From: Eledone cirrhosa
Lineage: Eukaryota
Assembly (NCBI GenBank): GCA_964016885.1
Contig: OZ024745.1
Coordinates: 20,274,001-20,338,000, forward strand
Direction of reading: 5' to 3'
Length of the DNA stretch: 64,000 nt
Position numbers and translations under genes: made by a program. The notes under the pieces were generated by a model. It was not told the DNA's origin. It did no database searches and was given only the letters and a program-made list of their open reading frames with translations. Shown piece after piece: positions 28,750-42,851 of the stretch; the first letter of the stretch is position 1, and every line of letters begins with the position of its first letter.

Positions 28750-28985
28750 CAATCATATTGGTGGCCTCCCCACAGCCCCGGCGGACAGAATGGAGAAGGC
28801 GTTTCCCCGGAGGACGGCAAGGGAGAAACGCTGGAAAAGCCATTCCAGCTCGCGCGGCTTACACCTGCGGCTGGCCAACTCAGCGCCTATGGTGGTGAGT
28901 AGAGAGGTAGCCCTAGGGCCAAGGACACCAGAAGTCTCCACTGCCAAAGGTACAACCGCAAACCTGTCGGCGATAAACCGTGGTT
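28750..28985 (-). pseudogene. CRE-like (restriction-like endonuclease) non-LTR retrotransposon C-terminal fragment
   Basis: FAVVPLAVETSGVLGP and WLFQRFSLAVLRGNAFSIL match the endonuclease C-terminus of CRE-type elements. Confidence 0.75.
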
Positions 28986-29034
28986 TTACCCTCATGAAAC
29001 ACCCAAACAATAATTCTTTTTAAAGTTAATGACT

Positions 29035-30235
29035 TCTAATTCAGACACAATGCCAACAATTTGTAGGAGGGCAGGGAGTTAATTAAATTGACCCCAGTAT
29101 TTTACTGGTACTTCATTTTATCGACACCGGAAATTGACTTCGGGAATGGGGAGGAGAGATTTAATATGAGAACATAGAAAGTCGTAACTAAATCCCGCAA
29201 AGAAGTTTGTATGACGCTCTACCGAGTACTGCCAACCCACTGCTCTTTAAGGGTTTATAATTTAGACACAAGGCCAGTCACTGTTTTTAGGGGGTGGTGG
29301 TAGGGGTGGGGTGGATAAATCGATTACATTGAACCCAATATTTAACAAATATTTTATTTTATCCACCTCGGAAGAATGAAAGGTAAAGTTGATATCAGTG
29401 GGATTCGAACTCAGAACGTAAAGAACAAGTACAAATACTGCATACCAGAGTCAGCTGGAAAGTTCATAAGCTGACTATGAAGAAGTGATGCTAGAGATGT
29501 GAAATCTGGCATGAATTAATTTCAATTATTCTTATTATTAACTGCATTGTTTCTTTCCAGGGACTATGTCGAAAAATAAACCTCATTTGGTCACTCCATT
29601 TACTTTTCACTTGACCCTCTTAATCTATTGTGCGACGCTCTAACGATTCTGCCAATTAAGTGCCTTCATAAATAACAATAATTGTTTCTACTTTTGGCAC
29701 AAGGCCAGCAATTATTCCAGTGCATTAATGGTACTTTATTTTATCGACCCCGTAAGTATGAAAGGCATAGTTAACCTCGGCGGGATTTTAACTCAGATCA
29801 TAAAGGGAGGCAACTCTATGCCAATTCATCGCCCTAAATAACAATAATTGTTTCTACGTTAGGCACAAGGCCAGCGATTACACAGTGTATTACTGGTACT
29901 TTATTTTATCGACCCCGTAAGGATGAAAGGCAAAGTTAACCTCGGCGGGATTTGAACTCAGAATGGCAAGGGCCGTAACTCTATGCGTCAAAGCATGGCG
30001 TCCGACCCTCTACCAATACTGCCAATCCACCAACAATAATGGCATTTAACATTAGCACAAGATCAACAATTTGTGGGTAGGAAGGGAATAACGGATTATA
30101 TCGACCCTAGTACTTAACTGGTACTTTATATTATCGACCCAGGATGGATGAAATACAAAGTTGGCCTGGGTTAAATTTGAACTCAGACGAAAGAACCGTA
30201 CCGGAAATTTCTGGTCGGACGCTGTATCGATCCTT
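29035..30235 (-). mobile_element. Cluster of about 5 same-orientation SINEs with a nested mariner-type MITE (29443-29622)
   Basis: Repeated SINE cores; the MITE interrupts the head of one SINE. Confidence 0.75.
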
Positions 30236-30258
30236 TGAGACCAATATTGTTATAGATA

Positions 30259-31797
30259 ACCACCAACACCACCACCACCACCACCATCAACATACTACCA
30301 CCGCCACCACCACCACCACCATCAACATACTACCACCGCCACCACCACCACCACCATCACCACCACCACCATCAACATACTACCACCGCCACCACCACCA
30401 CCATCACCACCACCACCATCACCACCACCACCACCACCACCACCACACTAGCCCCCCCCCCGACCACCACCACGACCACCACCAACACCCAAACCACCAC
30501 CACCACCACCACCATCACCACCACCACCGCCACCACCACCGCCACCACTACAACCACCACCACCACCACCACCACCACCACCACCACTACAACCACCACC
30601 GCCACCACCACCACCACCACCACCACGACGGCGACCACCACCACCACCACCACCACACTACTGTAGGTGACGTGTTAATTTAAGTAAAACGAATTAACGC
30701 TTCTTTGGCTAAATCTTGCTAAATTTAATAAAAACTCTTGTTTTGACAGCAACTAGAACTAGAGATAACAACAACAATAACAGCAACAACAATAACAACA
30801 ACAATAACAACAACAATAACAACATAACAACTAGAACTAGAGATAACAACAACAATAACAACAACAACAGTAACAACAACAGTAACAACAGTAACAACTA
30901 GAAATAGAGATAACAACAACAATAACAACAACAACCATAACAACAGTAACAGCTAGAACTAGAGATAACAACAACAATAACAACAGTAACAATAACAACA
31001 ACAACAGTAACAACTAGAACTAGAGATAACAACAACAACAACAACAATAACAACAACAACAGTAACAACTAGAACTAGAGATAACAACAACAAAAACAAC
31101 AACAACAGTAACAACAACAGTAACAACTTGAAATAGAGATAAGAACAGTAACAACAATAACAACAGTAGCAACTAGAACTAGAAATAACAACAACAACAG
31201 TAATAACAACAACAATAAAAACAACAGTAATAACAACAATAACAACAGTAACAACAACAATAACAATAATGTTAGTAACAACAATAACTACATCAACATT
31301 AGTAACAACAGCAATATAAACAACAACAAACAAACAAAAACAACACAAAAACAACATTAATGTTAGTAACAACAATATCAGCATAAAATACATCAACAAC
31401 ATCACTAACAACAACAGTGAAAACAACAACAACAACAACAACAGTAACAACAACAACAGTAGTAACACCAACAATAGTAGTAACACCAACAACAACAGCA
31501 ACAGTGAAAACAACAACAACAACAATAACATCAACAGTAACAACAACAACAGTAGTAACACCAACAACAATAGTAACACCAACAATAGTAGTAACACCAA
31601 CAACAGCAACAGTGAAAACAACAACAACAACAATAACATCAACAGTAACAACAACAACAGTAGTAACACCAACAACAGTAGTAACACCAACAATAGTAGT
31701 AACACCAACAACAACAACAGTGAAAACAACAATAACAACATTAGTTCTAAAGTAATAGCAACAGTGACAAAATCCTCTCATCATCATCATCAACAAC

Positions 31798-31844
<47 letters not shown>

Positions 31845-31855
31845 CAGCAGCAGCA
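30259..31855. repeat. (CCA)n, (ACA)n-derived and (CAG)n repeats
   Basis: Includes recurrent actagaactagagata punctuation. Confidence 0.9.
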
Positions 31856-31989
31856 GAGGGCAAACACCTGCATCAGTAATATTAGTTATATTTTAAGTAG
31901 GTGGTGATGTACGTAGGCAAAATATTTTAAAATAATGAAATTTGTCTCTTGGAGAAAAAAAAAAAAAAAATCCTGTAGCGACTCTCAAA

Positions 31990-32024
<35 letters not shown>

Positions 32025-32104
32025 AAATAAAAAAAATTCAGGTATATTTTCGCCAAAAAAAAAATGAAATTTTCATAGCAGGATGGCAACTACGGACATG
32101 TTTC

Positions 32105-33035
32105 GGTGATATTAGATCTCATCAGTTAAGTAGCCTCAAGATTACTGTCTTATATACTTACAGGTGTCACTCAGGTAGCAAGTCTTATGATAACTCTGTT
32201 TTATATACCTCCAGATGTTAATAAGATCTCTCTCAGGTGGTCAGTCTGAAGACAAGTCTGTCTTATATATCTCCAGATGTCAATAAGATCTCTCAGGTGG
32301 TCAGTCTCGATACAACTGTCTTATATACTTCCAGATGTCAATGAAATCTCAGATGACCAGTCACGAGACATCTCTGTCTTATATACCTCCAGATGTCAAT
32401 AAGATCTCTCAAGTGGTTAGTCTCAAGACAACTGTCTTATACACCTCCAGATGTTAATAAGATCTCTCAGGTGGTCAGTCTCGATACAACTCTGTCTTAT
32501 ACACCTCCAGATGTCAATAAGATCTCCCAGGTGGTCAGTCTTGATACAACTCTGTCTTATACACCTCCAGATGTCAATAAGATCTCGCAGGTGGTCAGTG
32601 TCGATACAACTCTGTCTTATACACCTCCAGATGTCAATAAGATCTCTCAGGTGGTCAGTGTCGATACAACTCTGTCTTATACACCTCCAGATGTCAATAA
32701 GATCTCTCAGGTGGTCAGTCTCGATACAACTCTGTCTTATATACCTCCAGATGTTAATAAGATCTCTCAGGTGGTCAGTCTCGATACAACTCTGTCTTAT
32801 ATACCTCCAGATGTTAATAAGATCTCTCAGGTGGTCAGTCTCGATACAACTGTCTTATATACCTCCAGATGTCAATAAGGTCTCAGATGACCAGTCACGA
32901 GACAACTGTCTTATATACCTCCAGATTTTAATAAGATCTCTCATTTGGTCAGTCTCGATAGAACTCTGTCTTATATACCTCCAGATTTTAATAAGATCTC
33001 TCAGGTGGTCAATCTCAAGACAACTTTGTCTTATA
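32105..33035. repeat. ~60-bp minisatellite, about 15 copies with a homogeneous centre and diverged edges
   Basis: Unit tctgtcttatacacctccagatgtcaataagatctctcaggtggtcagtctcgatacaac. Confidence 0.95.
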
Positions 33036-33233
33036 AGAGTTGAAATTAAAAATTTCATAGGCTGACCAAGATACTCTCTTGGAATGACCAAATGAGGCTT
33101 ATTTTTCAACATAGTCCCTGGAAAAAGAAAACAATGCTGTTATAAGAATAGTTGAAATTAATACATGCAAGATTTCACAGCTTATCATCATTCCTTCATA
33201 GTCAGCCTACGAACTTTTCAGCTTACTCTCGTA
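33036..33233. mobile_element. Tc1/mariner-type MITE
   Basis: Reverse orientation of the 11571/29443 family; ends ctctcgta. Confidence 0.6.
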
Positions 33234-33967
33234 CTTTAAATACCACCACTCTTTGTTCCACTAACCATCACCCCCATCTTCCCCTTATATAACTGACCCA
33301 CCGCCATCTTCAGACGTCCACTACCCAACCCCCTCTCCTGGCCTCTGTCCACACAGTCCCGCCACCACCCTCAGCCCTCCACTACCCCCCTCTCATGGCC
33401 TCCATCTCCAGCCCTCCACCCCCCCTCTACTGGTCTGTCCATACACGCCCCGCCGCCATCTTCAGCCGTCATCCCGTTAGACCACGCCTGTATGTAGTGA
33501 AGCATTGGAGATCAGCAATGCAGAAAATGATATAATTAACCGAGAACAATAGAGAGCTCCACAGAATCTGGACAGACGACTTCCGGAGTTATAAAACTCT
33601 ACGTGATTATTGAACGAGCCTCGTCGCTCGGCTAGCCACACACACACACACACACACATATATACATACACAGAGAAAGACACACACACACACACACATA
33701 TATACATACACAGAGAAAGACAGATACACACACACACATATATACATACACAGAGAAAGACACACATACACACATATATATACATACACACACACACATA
33801 TATATATACATACACAGAGAAAGACACACACACACACACATGTATATATACACAGAGAAAGACACACACACACACACACACATATACATACACAGAGAAA
33901 GACACACACACACACACATATACATACATACACACACACATATATATATATACATACACAGAGAAAG

Positions 33968-34004
<37 letters not shown>

Positions 34005-34317
34005 CACAGAGAAAGACACACACACATATACATACAAAGAGAAATGCACACACACACACACACACACATACACCCCCACATACACATGCACACTCACGCC
34101 TGCACTTACAGAGAGAGCCACACACACACACACAGACCACCACACACACACACAGCGACGAGCCAACTCCAGCAACAGGTCGCCAGAAATATTTTATTAC
34201 AACCTAAATAATATTGAGTGTGACTGCGCTTGCGTGCATGCGTTCACACTCTGACACACACATATATATATATATATACATACATATATACACATATGTA
34301 CATGCATATATGCCATT

Positions 34318-34377
<60 letters not shown>

Positions 34378-34379
<2 letters not shown>

Positions 34380-34605
34380 CGAAGGAGTCGTGGTAAGGAA
34401 CCAGATGGACCATAACGCACCAGAGTACTCAATACTTAGGGAAGTAGAGTGGGTAATAGGAAAAAGTATGACCCCGACGGCAGAGCTCAAGCCGTTTCGA
34501 CAGCTATTTCTGGACTAAATTAGCCTGGTAAAAATTCTAATTTAGTCCAGAAATAGCCGTCGAAACGGCTTGAGCTCTGCCGTCGGGGTCATACTTTTTC
34601 CTATA
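34378..34605 (-). mobile_element. Fold-back (TA)n-inserted element, family P, copy 1
   Basis: ~65-bp inverted arms plus a unique extension; the same family occurs at 42663, 47074 and 58503. Confidence 0.7.
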
Positions 34606-34648
34606 GATATATATAGACACACGCATACGCGCACACATTTATTTATAG

Positions 34649-34745
<97 letters not shown>

Positions 34746-34749
34746 CATG

Positions 34750-34799
<50 letters not shown>

Positions 34800-35529
34800 C
34801 TATGTAAGACACACATGGAATATTCCCAGAAACCGCGGCTTGGTTCGGTCTGTTGTGGAGGAAGAATTTAGCTGTGTCGGCATAAAATTGGTACTTTTGG
34901 TACTTTTGTGGGACCTCAACACGTGGCAGAGGTCACATAACTTTGATCTGTTCTGTGCTTTATCTAACATTGCCTATGAGATGTTTATGATGTTCTGTAA
35001 ACCCTGTCTATTAGTATTGCCTTTTTAGCCCAAGGATAACCTTGAGTGATCATGAGTGATCAGGCATATGGTCAAATATATTCCACCTATTTCTTTTTAA
35101 GACAGTAGACTGAAAGGTGAAGATGTTGCTGCTATTTCTAGCCGGTTTAATGACCACTTTGTGGCTCCAACCTTGGCTCGGTAAACGCTATATAGTTTGT
35201 AGATCTGTGGTTGGTGAGACATCAGCCCAGTATATAATACTTTTTCTCTAGGCATTTGCCTTTTAATGGGCTAAGTTCTATGCTAATCCCATTAAAACTG
35301 TAAAAGTCCTCAATAATAAAATAAGATCACATTGTAAACACTGTGATCAATGATCAAACCTAGAGCAAAGACAGCCGGTATGCAGTTAAAAAAAAAATGA
35401 AGGAATCTAACTTTACAAGAACTCCAGAAGATTGCCATCTTGTGAAGTATACAGACCGCCATTTCTGTTCCTAAATAGAACTGAATCTACAGGTGTTTAA
35501 AATATTCAGTTGAATAATGCTATATGGAG

Positions 35530-35818
35530 TCGTAATGACCTTCGGCGTTTCTTGGGAATTTAAAACCTGGCAGAGTCCATCCTTCTCCAGGACTGAACAC
35601 AGCAGATTTCTTCCAGTGAAAGATAGAAAGTGAGAGAGATGAACTGAGAAAGAGATATGGAGGAAGAATCCCAGTACTAAACTGGTGCTTTTTTTTTATC
35701 AATCTCGAAATGATGAAAGGCAAAGTTGACCTCGGCGGGATTTAAACTCAGCGAGCAGAGGGTCGGAATACATATCACAAAGCAGTTTATCCAATGTTCT
35801 AACGATTCTGCCAATTCG
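35530..35818 (-). mobile_element. Older long-tailed SINE
   Basis: SINE core plus the tail shared with 14870, 39290 and 53680. Confidence 0.7.
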
Positions 35819-35923
35819 CAAAAATGATATATATATATATTCGACATTGTTTATTCTCTACAATTTTCTTTATACAGAAAACTAAAGTTTTCTATATAAA
35901 GTTTTCTATATAAAGTTTTCTAT

Positions 35924-36635
35924 AAATATAAATTTAGCGAGAATCGCATTTCGGCGAGTAGAAATTAGCGAAACGCAACTTCCGATTTGTGTTGGCAAGC
36001 GCTCAATGGATACGAAGATACGAGAGCAATAAACATAAGTTAAAAAGGCCATACAAAACTGAGACGATGGTTAAGAAGCCAATAACCACCTAAGCCAAAA
36101 AAAGCGAGCAAGCTAAGCGAGTCAAACAAAATAAGATATGATTGAAATATTTACCCGGACCATCGGAAATGATGGTAAAATCCGATATAGGGTTTCTGCG
36201 ACACCTAAATCAATAATACTGTCTGCTTAAAAAAAATAATAAGCTTTTGGTATGATGATCGAACAATGATATCGCTTTCTCAACAGGCATTTTGTTCTGC
36301 GCGAGGATCTCACAGTGTTTTGAAAGCACATGTGAACTCCAAAGGGGAGAAAACCCCTAGTTTGGCAAATGAATTCAGTATGTGTAGTCATTGCAAACAT
36401 TTTCAAAAACAGCACAAAACGAATTAAGCTCTCGACCTAGTAGTTTTTAAAATAAACTTAAGCGATTAATCAGTCAATAAAATTAACTAAAACAATCAAA
36501 AAAATTAACTGGTTAATTGCTAGACTTGGGAGATTAATACAAATATAAATTTCGGCGAGTAGAAATTAGCGAAACGCAACTTCCGATTTATGTTGGCAAG
36601 CGCTCTATGGATACGAAGATACCCGAGCAATAAAC
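35924..36635. mobile_element. Unclassified ~710-bp element bounded by ~95-110-bp direct repeats, within an (aaagttttctatat)n minisatellite
   Basis: tttcggcgagtagaaattagcgaaacgcaac...gagcaataaaca at ~35949 and ~36550. Confidence 0.5.
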
Positions 36636-37426
36636 AGTTTTCTATATAAAGTTTTCTATATAAAGTTTTCTCTATAAAGTTTTCTATATAAAGTTTTCTA
36701 TATAAAGTTTTCTATATAAAGTTTTCTCTATAAAGTTTTCTATATAAAGTTTTCTATATAAAGTTTTCTATATAAACTTTTCTATATAAAGTTTTCTATA
36801 TAAAATTACCCTTTAAAATAGTTTTCTGATTTTTGTTTTTTTCTTGCAAGCAAAGACAACGCGAAGTTTCGTTCAATGTACCTTTTTCTTATTTCAGATA
36901 TTTGTATGAAATCAAGCTTTTGACATTATCTAGATTTTCTGTCAGCTAGATTTTGTAGAAATGGTTTACTCTCTCAACCAATATATGTTGTTATTGAGAA
37001 AAATGATGAAGCTGCTTTAGTGTTTTACAGCCGCCATATTTCTAAACATATTTCTGAGCGGATTAATAGAGAACAGAAAGTATAGTTTTAATTTCTACAA
37101 ACCTAGATGTCTGTGTTGGGCACAAGATCTATTGTTGTCAGGGAGATAATCGATGAAATCGAGATCAGCTTGTTACTATCTTGTTTATTACATGTTTAAT
37201 TATACTGTGATAGGCAAAGTAAGGTCAACCAGAGTAGCAGAACTCCGTAAATCATCGTGTCTCACCCTCACTCTCTCTCTCACTCTATCTTTATCTCGCT
37301 CTCTCTCTCTCACGCTCTCCCTTCTATTTCTCGCTGTCTCTCTCACTCTCTCTCTCTATTTATCGCGCTCTCTTTCTCACTGTTTCTCACTCTCTCTCTC
37401 TCTCTCTTTCTCACTCTGTTTATCAC

Positions 37427-37513
<87 letters not shown>

Positions 37514-38116
37514 CTCTATCTATCTCGCTGCCTCTCGCTCTTAATCGCTTTCTCTCTCACGCTCTCACTCTCTCTTTCTCACTCTCTCTCTCTCTGTCTC
37601 TCTCTCTCTCACTCTGTTTCTCACCCTCTCGCTCTCTTTCTCTCTCACTATCCCCCCATCTCTCCTGCTCTCTCACATTCTCTCTCTCTTGTCTGTCAGT
37701 CATTTCCATAATTTGGTCATTACTTGTTATTTATAGAAATGATAAGTAGTTCAATGAAACTATATTTGGAATATTGTGAAATAAAATTCTTGAAATTGAC
37801 AAAACGATTAGAATAACTGTAAAGATTTACAATATTTAATTTTGGCCCTTTAGCTTCTAAATTCTACTGGGGTCAATTTTCATCCTTTCATCTCTAAAAG
37901 GAGTTGATGAAATACTGGTAATATACTAGAATTAATTCCTTTAACTTTACCATTTTTCCTATAACGGTGACCTTATGCAGCGATTTATATTTATATTTTT
38001 AAAGTGTTGGTCAATCAATGATAAATATTGATTGCCAGCTAAATTATTTATAAAAATATAAACATATACTGAATTAATACGAAAACCAAACGAAACAGCC
38101 AGTGTGTTTCATTATT

Positions 38117-38680
38117 TGGCAGTATCGGTAGAGGGTCGGACGCCATGCTTAGACGCATAGAGTTACGGCCCTTGCCATTCTGAGTTCAAATCCCACCGAG
38201 GTTAACTTTGCCTTTCATCCTTACGAGGTCGATAAAATAAAGTACCAGTAATGCACTGGGTTATTGCTGGCCTTGTCCCAAAAGTAGAAACAATTATTAT
38301 TTTTGGCAACAAGTTTGGGTAGATTGGTAGTATCAGGAGAGCGTCGGGCAATGTACTTTGCGGTATATAGTTACATCTCTTTACATTCTGAATTCAAATC
38401 CTGTCGAGGTTTGCTTTGTTTTTCATCCTTACGGGGTCGATAAAATAAAGTACCAGTAACGTACTAGAGTCAAGTTAATCGACTTTCCCCTCCCACCAAA
38501 ATTGTTGGCCTTGTGCCTAAATCTGAAATCATTATTATTTTTGGCAATATTTATTTATGATCTGAGTTCAAATCCCGCCGAGGTTAACTTTGCCTTTCAT
38601 CCTTATGGGGTAGATAAAATAAAGTACCAGTAATGTACTGGGTATTTGCTGGCCTTGTGCCTAACATAGAAACAATTATT
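38117..38680 (+). mobile_element. Three tandem SINE copies
   Basis: Three SINE cores and tails. Confidence 0.8.
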
Positions 38681-40225
38681 ATTTTTGTCAATATTAGGGC
38701 AACATGACCCTCTCAAAATATAACAATAGGTGTCCTTATGTCTAATGAACAAATCTATTACTAAGGTTATTAGTTCTGGTGGAATTCGTAAGAAAACAGA
38801 AAGAACACAAGAACAGAAGCAACAAGTAAACAACAAAAGCACTGATAGTAAACTCAAAGATTCTCTTTGAAAAAATATTTTGCAAATAAAATTAAAGTAT
38901 AATTTTTGGTAAACAAGATTATGAATAATTTTTCTCTACTAAAATTAGAAGTCATTTTGTAAATTTAGATAAGACGAGGGGTGCTAAACTAAACTGTCGA
39001 CATTTCCTAGTCTAAAGTAGATTAAATAAAAATCAGAATTACATTTAAAGTACATTGCAGATTTAATAATTACCGTTTTGTTTGAACTCAACATTTTAAC
39101 CCTGCGATTTAACCGTTTGGTTAATCTAATTAATATACAGAGTACAGTAGAAACATCTTTCATGTTTTACACGGTTACAGTGTAAAATACGGGAGTGGTT
39201 TCTTTCCTGTTGCACCTTGTAGATTTCGTTTAACAAGACGAAAGTCTTATGATTCTAAATTACTTAGTAATACACTACGGAAGCGTTCAAGGTAGGCAAC
39301 GAACTGACAGAGTCATTAGAAGGTCGGAGAGAATGCTTTGTAGTATTTGTTTCGTCTCTCAGCTCCCTGAGTTTAAATCCAGCCGAGGTCAATTTTGCTT
39401 TTCATTCATTAAAGGTCGATAAAAAAAAAATCCAGTCTAGTACTGGAGTCCAATCTTCCTCTATATCTCACTTTCATTCTCACTTCCATTCTCTTACTCT
39501 CTCTGGAATAAATCTTCTGTTTCCAGACTTGGAGATGATTGAGGTCCGTTAGGTTTTAAAATGCCCTAGGAACGCCGATGTTAAGACGGGACCATGAATA
39601 GTTGAAGTTATTTTTATTTTAGAGTTTACTTTCTATTTTACAGTTCTCATCACAATAATGTAGAACTAATTTAAAAGAGATCATGGTAGATCGATATATC
39701 GACTAGCAGGTAGTGGTTATGTCCCTACCTATTTCTTGTCTCGAAATCTCTGATCTATCGCATTGCCTTCTTCAGAAACAATGTACATTTATACATATAT
39801 ACGGAGGCTGGACTCATTTCAGAATATTTAACTCACTGATATAGCATACATGAAATAAATTATAGCTGCTAGACTTTTACCATTGAGAAATTTTAAATCA
39901 GGCGTCCACGATTTCCTATTATTTCATGATCCTACGCACGTGACCAAAACATACTATTAGTAAGACCATTCATATACTGAAGATGGCACTGTGAAGACCT
40001 CGAAACGTTGGGCTTAGGAATAGTATTGTTCCAAACTAAATATAAAAGATCTAATAAGGAAATATGAAAAATCCATAACAAAAGTGATGTATGTAGAAGT
40101 TATATTTAATTTGTTGGGATTCCAACAAACTTAAACGTTTATAACTGATATAGAGCACTCAACAGTTTACTGGAGTAAATATTCAATATATTAATAAATG
40201 GAAACTATATTTATAAAGCCATAAT

Positions 40226-40290
40226 TATTTTATTATATATATTTCAAGGGCGACCAAGCCAATCTTGGTGCGCTTTCATCAGATAAAATA
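40226..40290 (-). ncRNA. Minimal type I hammerhead ribozyme
   Basis: Minus strand: tattttat-CTGATGA-aagcgcaccaag attgg cttggtcgccctt-GAAA-tatata-TA-ataaaata. 8-bp stem I and palindromic stem III. Confidence 0.8.
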
Positions 40291-40607
40291 CAAAATTTGT
40301 TTTATAAATAGTGACAAAACCATGGAAAACAACCTTGACGATTGAAAATTCACTGGATAATGAACATTTATTAAGGGTAATTCAAAGTTATGTGTGAATA
40401 TGCAAATGAATGTCTGAAAATTTGAAAAAACAACCGTTTATTTAAATTACGCTGTGGGAAGAAGAGAGAGAAAAGTAAAATATTAGTATATGTAGAAATA
40501 GAGTGAAGAAATAGAGTGAAGAAAGAGCGACGAAAGAAGCTTATCCGAGGATGAGTTCATATAACGTAAATAAGTCTTATGTTTATCTTACATATTTATG
40601 TATATAG

Positions 40608-40643
<36 letters not shown>

Positions 40644-40666
40644 ATATATATATATATATATATATA

Positions 40667-40707
<41 letters not shown>

Positions 40708-41457
40708 ATATATATATATATAATAAGGGTTGACGGACCCAGCATATTTATCAATGCCAGTACCGGTTGTATCTCAGCGAACTCCATGGGCAATGTAAGA
40801 TACATTACCAGAGTATACACATAGTTATTTGCCTCAACACAACACACGTGAAACGGGTGCCTATAAGGTTCCCGGACTCGAGTTTCTGCAGTACTAATGC
40901 AACAGTAAGGTGCACTGCGCCATCTGTCTGCATATATTATGCAACAATGCACAATCGGCTTATGCGGCTCCATCAGCGGGTATCGCCTAATCAATAACCA
41001 ATCGATCGACATAATCCAAACACCGGCCCCTGCCGGTCATGACTGTTTGTGACAACCGACACGGTAAAGCGATTAACTGGCAACCGATAGGACTCTATCT
41101 CTCAACTAGCCACTGATTTACAAGTTTTACGTGGGGACGGGAAGCTAAAAAGAATCAATTTTTTAGTTCCCGTCAGAAGCACTCATCCAGCGTGTCCCAT
41201 ACACAAATTATCAAGGGGTGAAAAGATGGATATTAGAAATAGCAGTTCACATTGATATAAAATAGAATATATATATATAAAATAGATATATATATATATC
41301 TAGGACGGGTAAAATTCCCGAGATCCATGGACGAATTCTCTCCAGCGGTTTCTGTCCCTCATTATCGCTGCCATGTCCTGCGTCTCCAACAGACCAGTAT
41401 CTGTCCTTAGTGCATCAACATACGTTAACCTTGGTTTTCCTCTTCCATATATGTATG

Positions 41458-41667
<210 letters not shown>

Positions 41668-41695
41668 ATCAAAAGATGGTTAAAGGAGTTCCATG

Positions 41696-41766
41696 TATTT
41701 TATTATGCGCATTTCAAAAACAAACATCATCATGCAATAATATTTGTGTTTTCATCAGATAAAACA
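41696..41766 (-). ncRNA. Hammerhead ribozyme (inverted copy)
   Basis: Reverse complement of 41883-41953. Confidence 0.8.
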
Positions 41767-41882
41767 GGAGAACATGATATGAAGGCTAAAAAACACTTGT
41801 GGATAGTGCAGTTTTAAATCAACATGTTGATTTAAAACTGCACTATCCACAAGTGTTTTTTAGCCTTCATATCATGTTCTCC

Positions 41883-41953
41883 TGTTTTATCTGATGAAAA
41901 CACAAATATTATTGCATGATGATGTTTGTTTTTGAAATGCGCATAATAAAATA
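41883..41953 (+). ncRNA. Minimal type I hammerhead ribozyme
   Basis: tgttttat-CTGATGA-(long stem II)-GAAA-tgcgca-TA-ataaaata, with self-complementary stem III ATGCGCAT. Confidence 0.85.
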
Positions 41954-42077
41954 CATGGAACTCCTTTAACCATCTTTTGATCTTATATTATGCATACTCC
42001 AGTCCTACAAACTGTAGAGTGCTTCTTATCCGATATCTGCATTGCTTTATTGTACTACAATAAAACTCACCTCCTAC

Positions 42078-42169
<92 letters not shown>

Positions 42170-42209
42170 TATAAAAAGGAATAGTAGATACAATATACCA
42201 ATTTTTTAC

Positions 42210-42320
42210 CTTTCGTCCCGACTGTACAGTTTCGCTGGTCACTATGCAAGAATGTTATATCATAGATATATAACATTGTTGTGAGGTAAGCCAGCTTATC
42301 AAGGGACCACCTCAGGAAAG
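42210..42320 (-). ncRNA. Degenerate hammerhead with a long stem II
   Basis: ctttc-CTGAGGt-ggtc...gacca gc-GAAA-ctgtacag-TC-gggacgaaag. Core A9 is altered and stem I is imperfect. Confidence 0.45.
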
Positions 42321-42322
42321 AC

Positions 42323-42393
<71 letters not shown>

Positions 42394-42583
42394 TTATATA
42401 TATATATATATATATATATACATACACACACATACATATATATATAAGTTTATCCCGGCTTCAATCGGGGGTAACGACAGTAAGTAAGGTACTCCCCATC
42501 AACCAATGACCTCCACCATCCCAATCACCACCCTCTCTTACCACCAGAAAAGATATAAATACAACCATATTACTTGGATAGTC

Positions 42584-42634
42584 AGCTTCCTGATGATTTC
42601 TCATGAATGAAACAGTTCTAGTCCTGTAGAAGCT
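42584..42634 (+). ncRNA. Type I hammerhead with a stable stem III
   Basis: agcttc-CTGATGA-tttc tcat gaat-GAAA-cag ttctagtc ctg-TA-gaagct. Confidence 0.8.
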
Positions 42635-42662
42635 TTTCTATATTAAATATATATATATATAT

Positions 42663-42851
42663 AACAAAGGAATTGTGGTAAGGAACCAGATGGACCATAA
42701 CGCACCAGAGTACTCAATACTTAGGGTAGTAGAGTGGGAATAGGAAAAAATATGACCCCGACGGCAGAGCTCAAGCCAGAAATAATTCTGAGTCCAGAAA
42801 TAGCCGTCGAAACGGCTTGAGCTCTGCCGTCGGGGTCATACTTTTTCCTAT
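42663..42851 (-). mobile_element. Fold-back family P, copy 2
   Basis: Matches 34378-34605, with a shorter left arm. Confidence 0.7.

Noticed and set aside
32393-33065. Repetitive 20-aa ORFs, and resemblance of the unit to back-to-back Tn5 mosaic ends (Nextera junction)
   Set aside because: The match is imperfect and the units diverge gradually like a natural satellite, so it is neither adapter contamination nor a supported protein.
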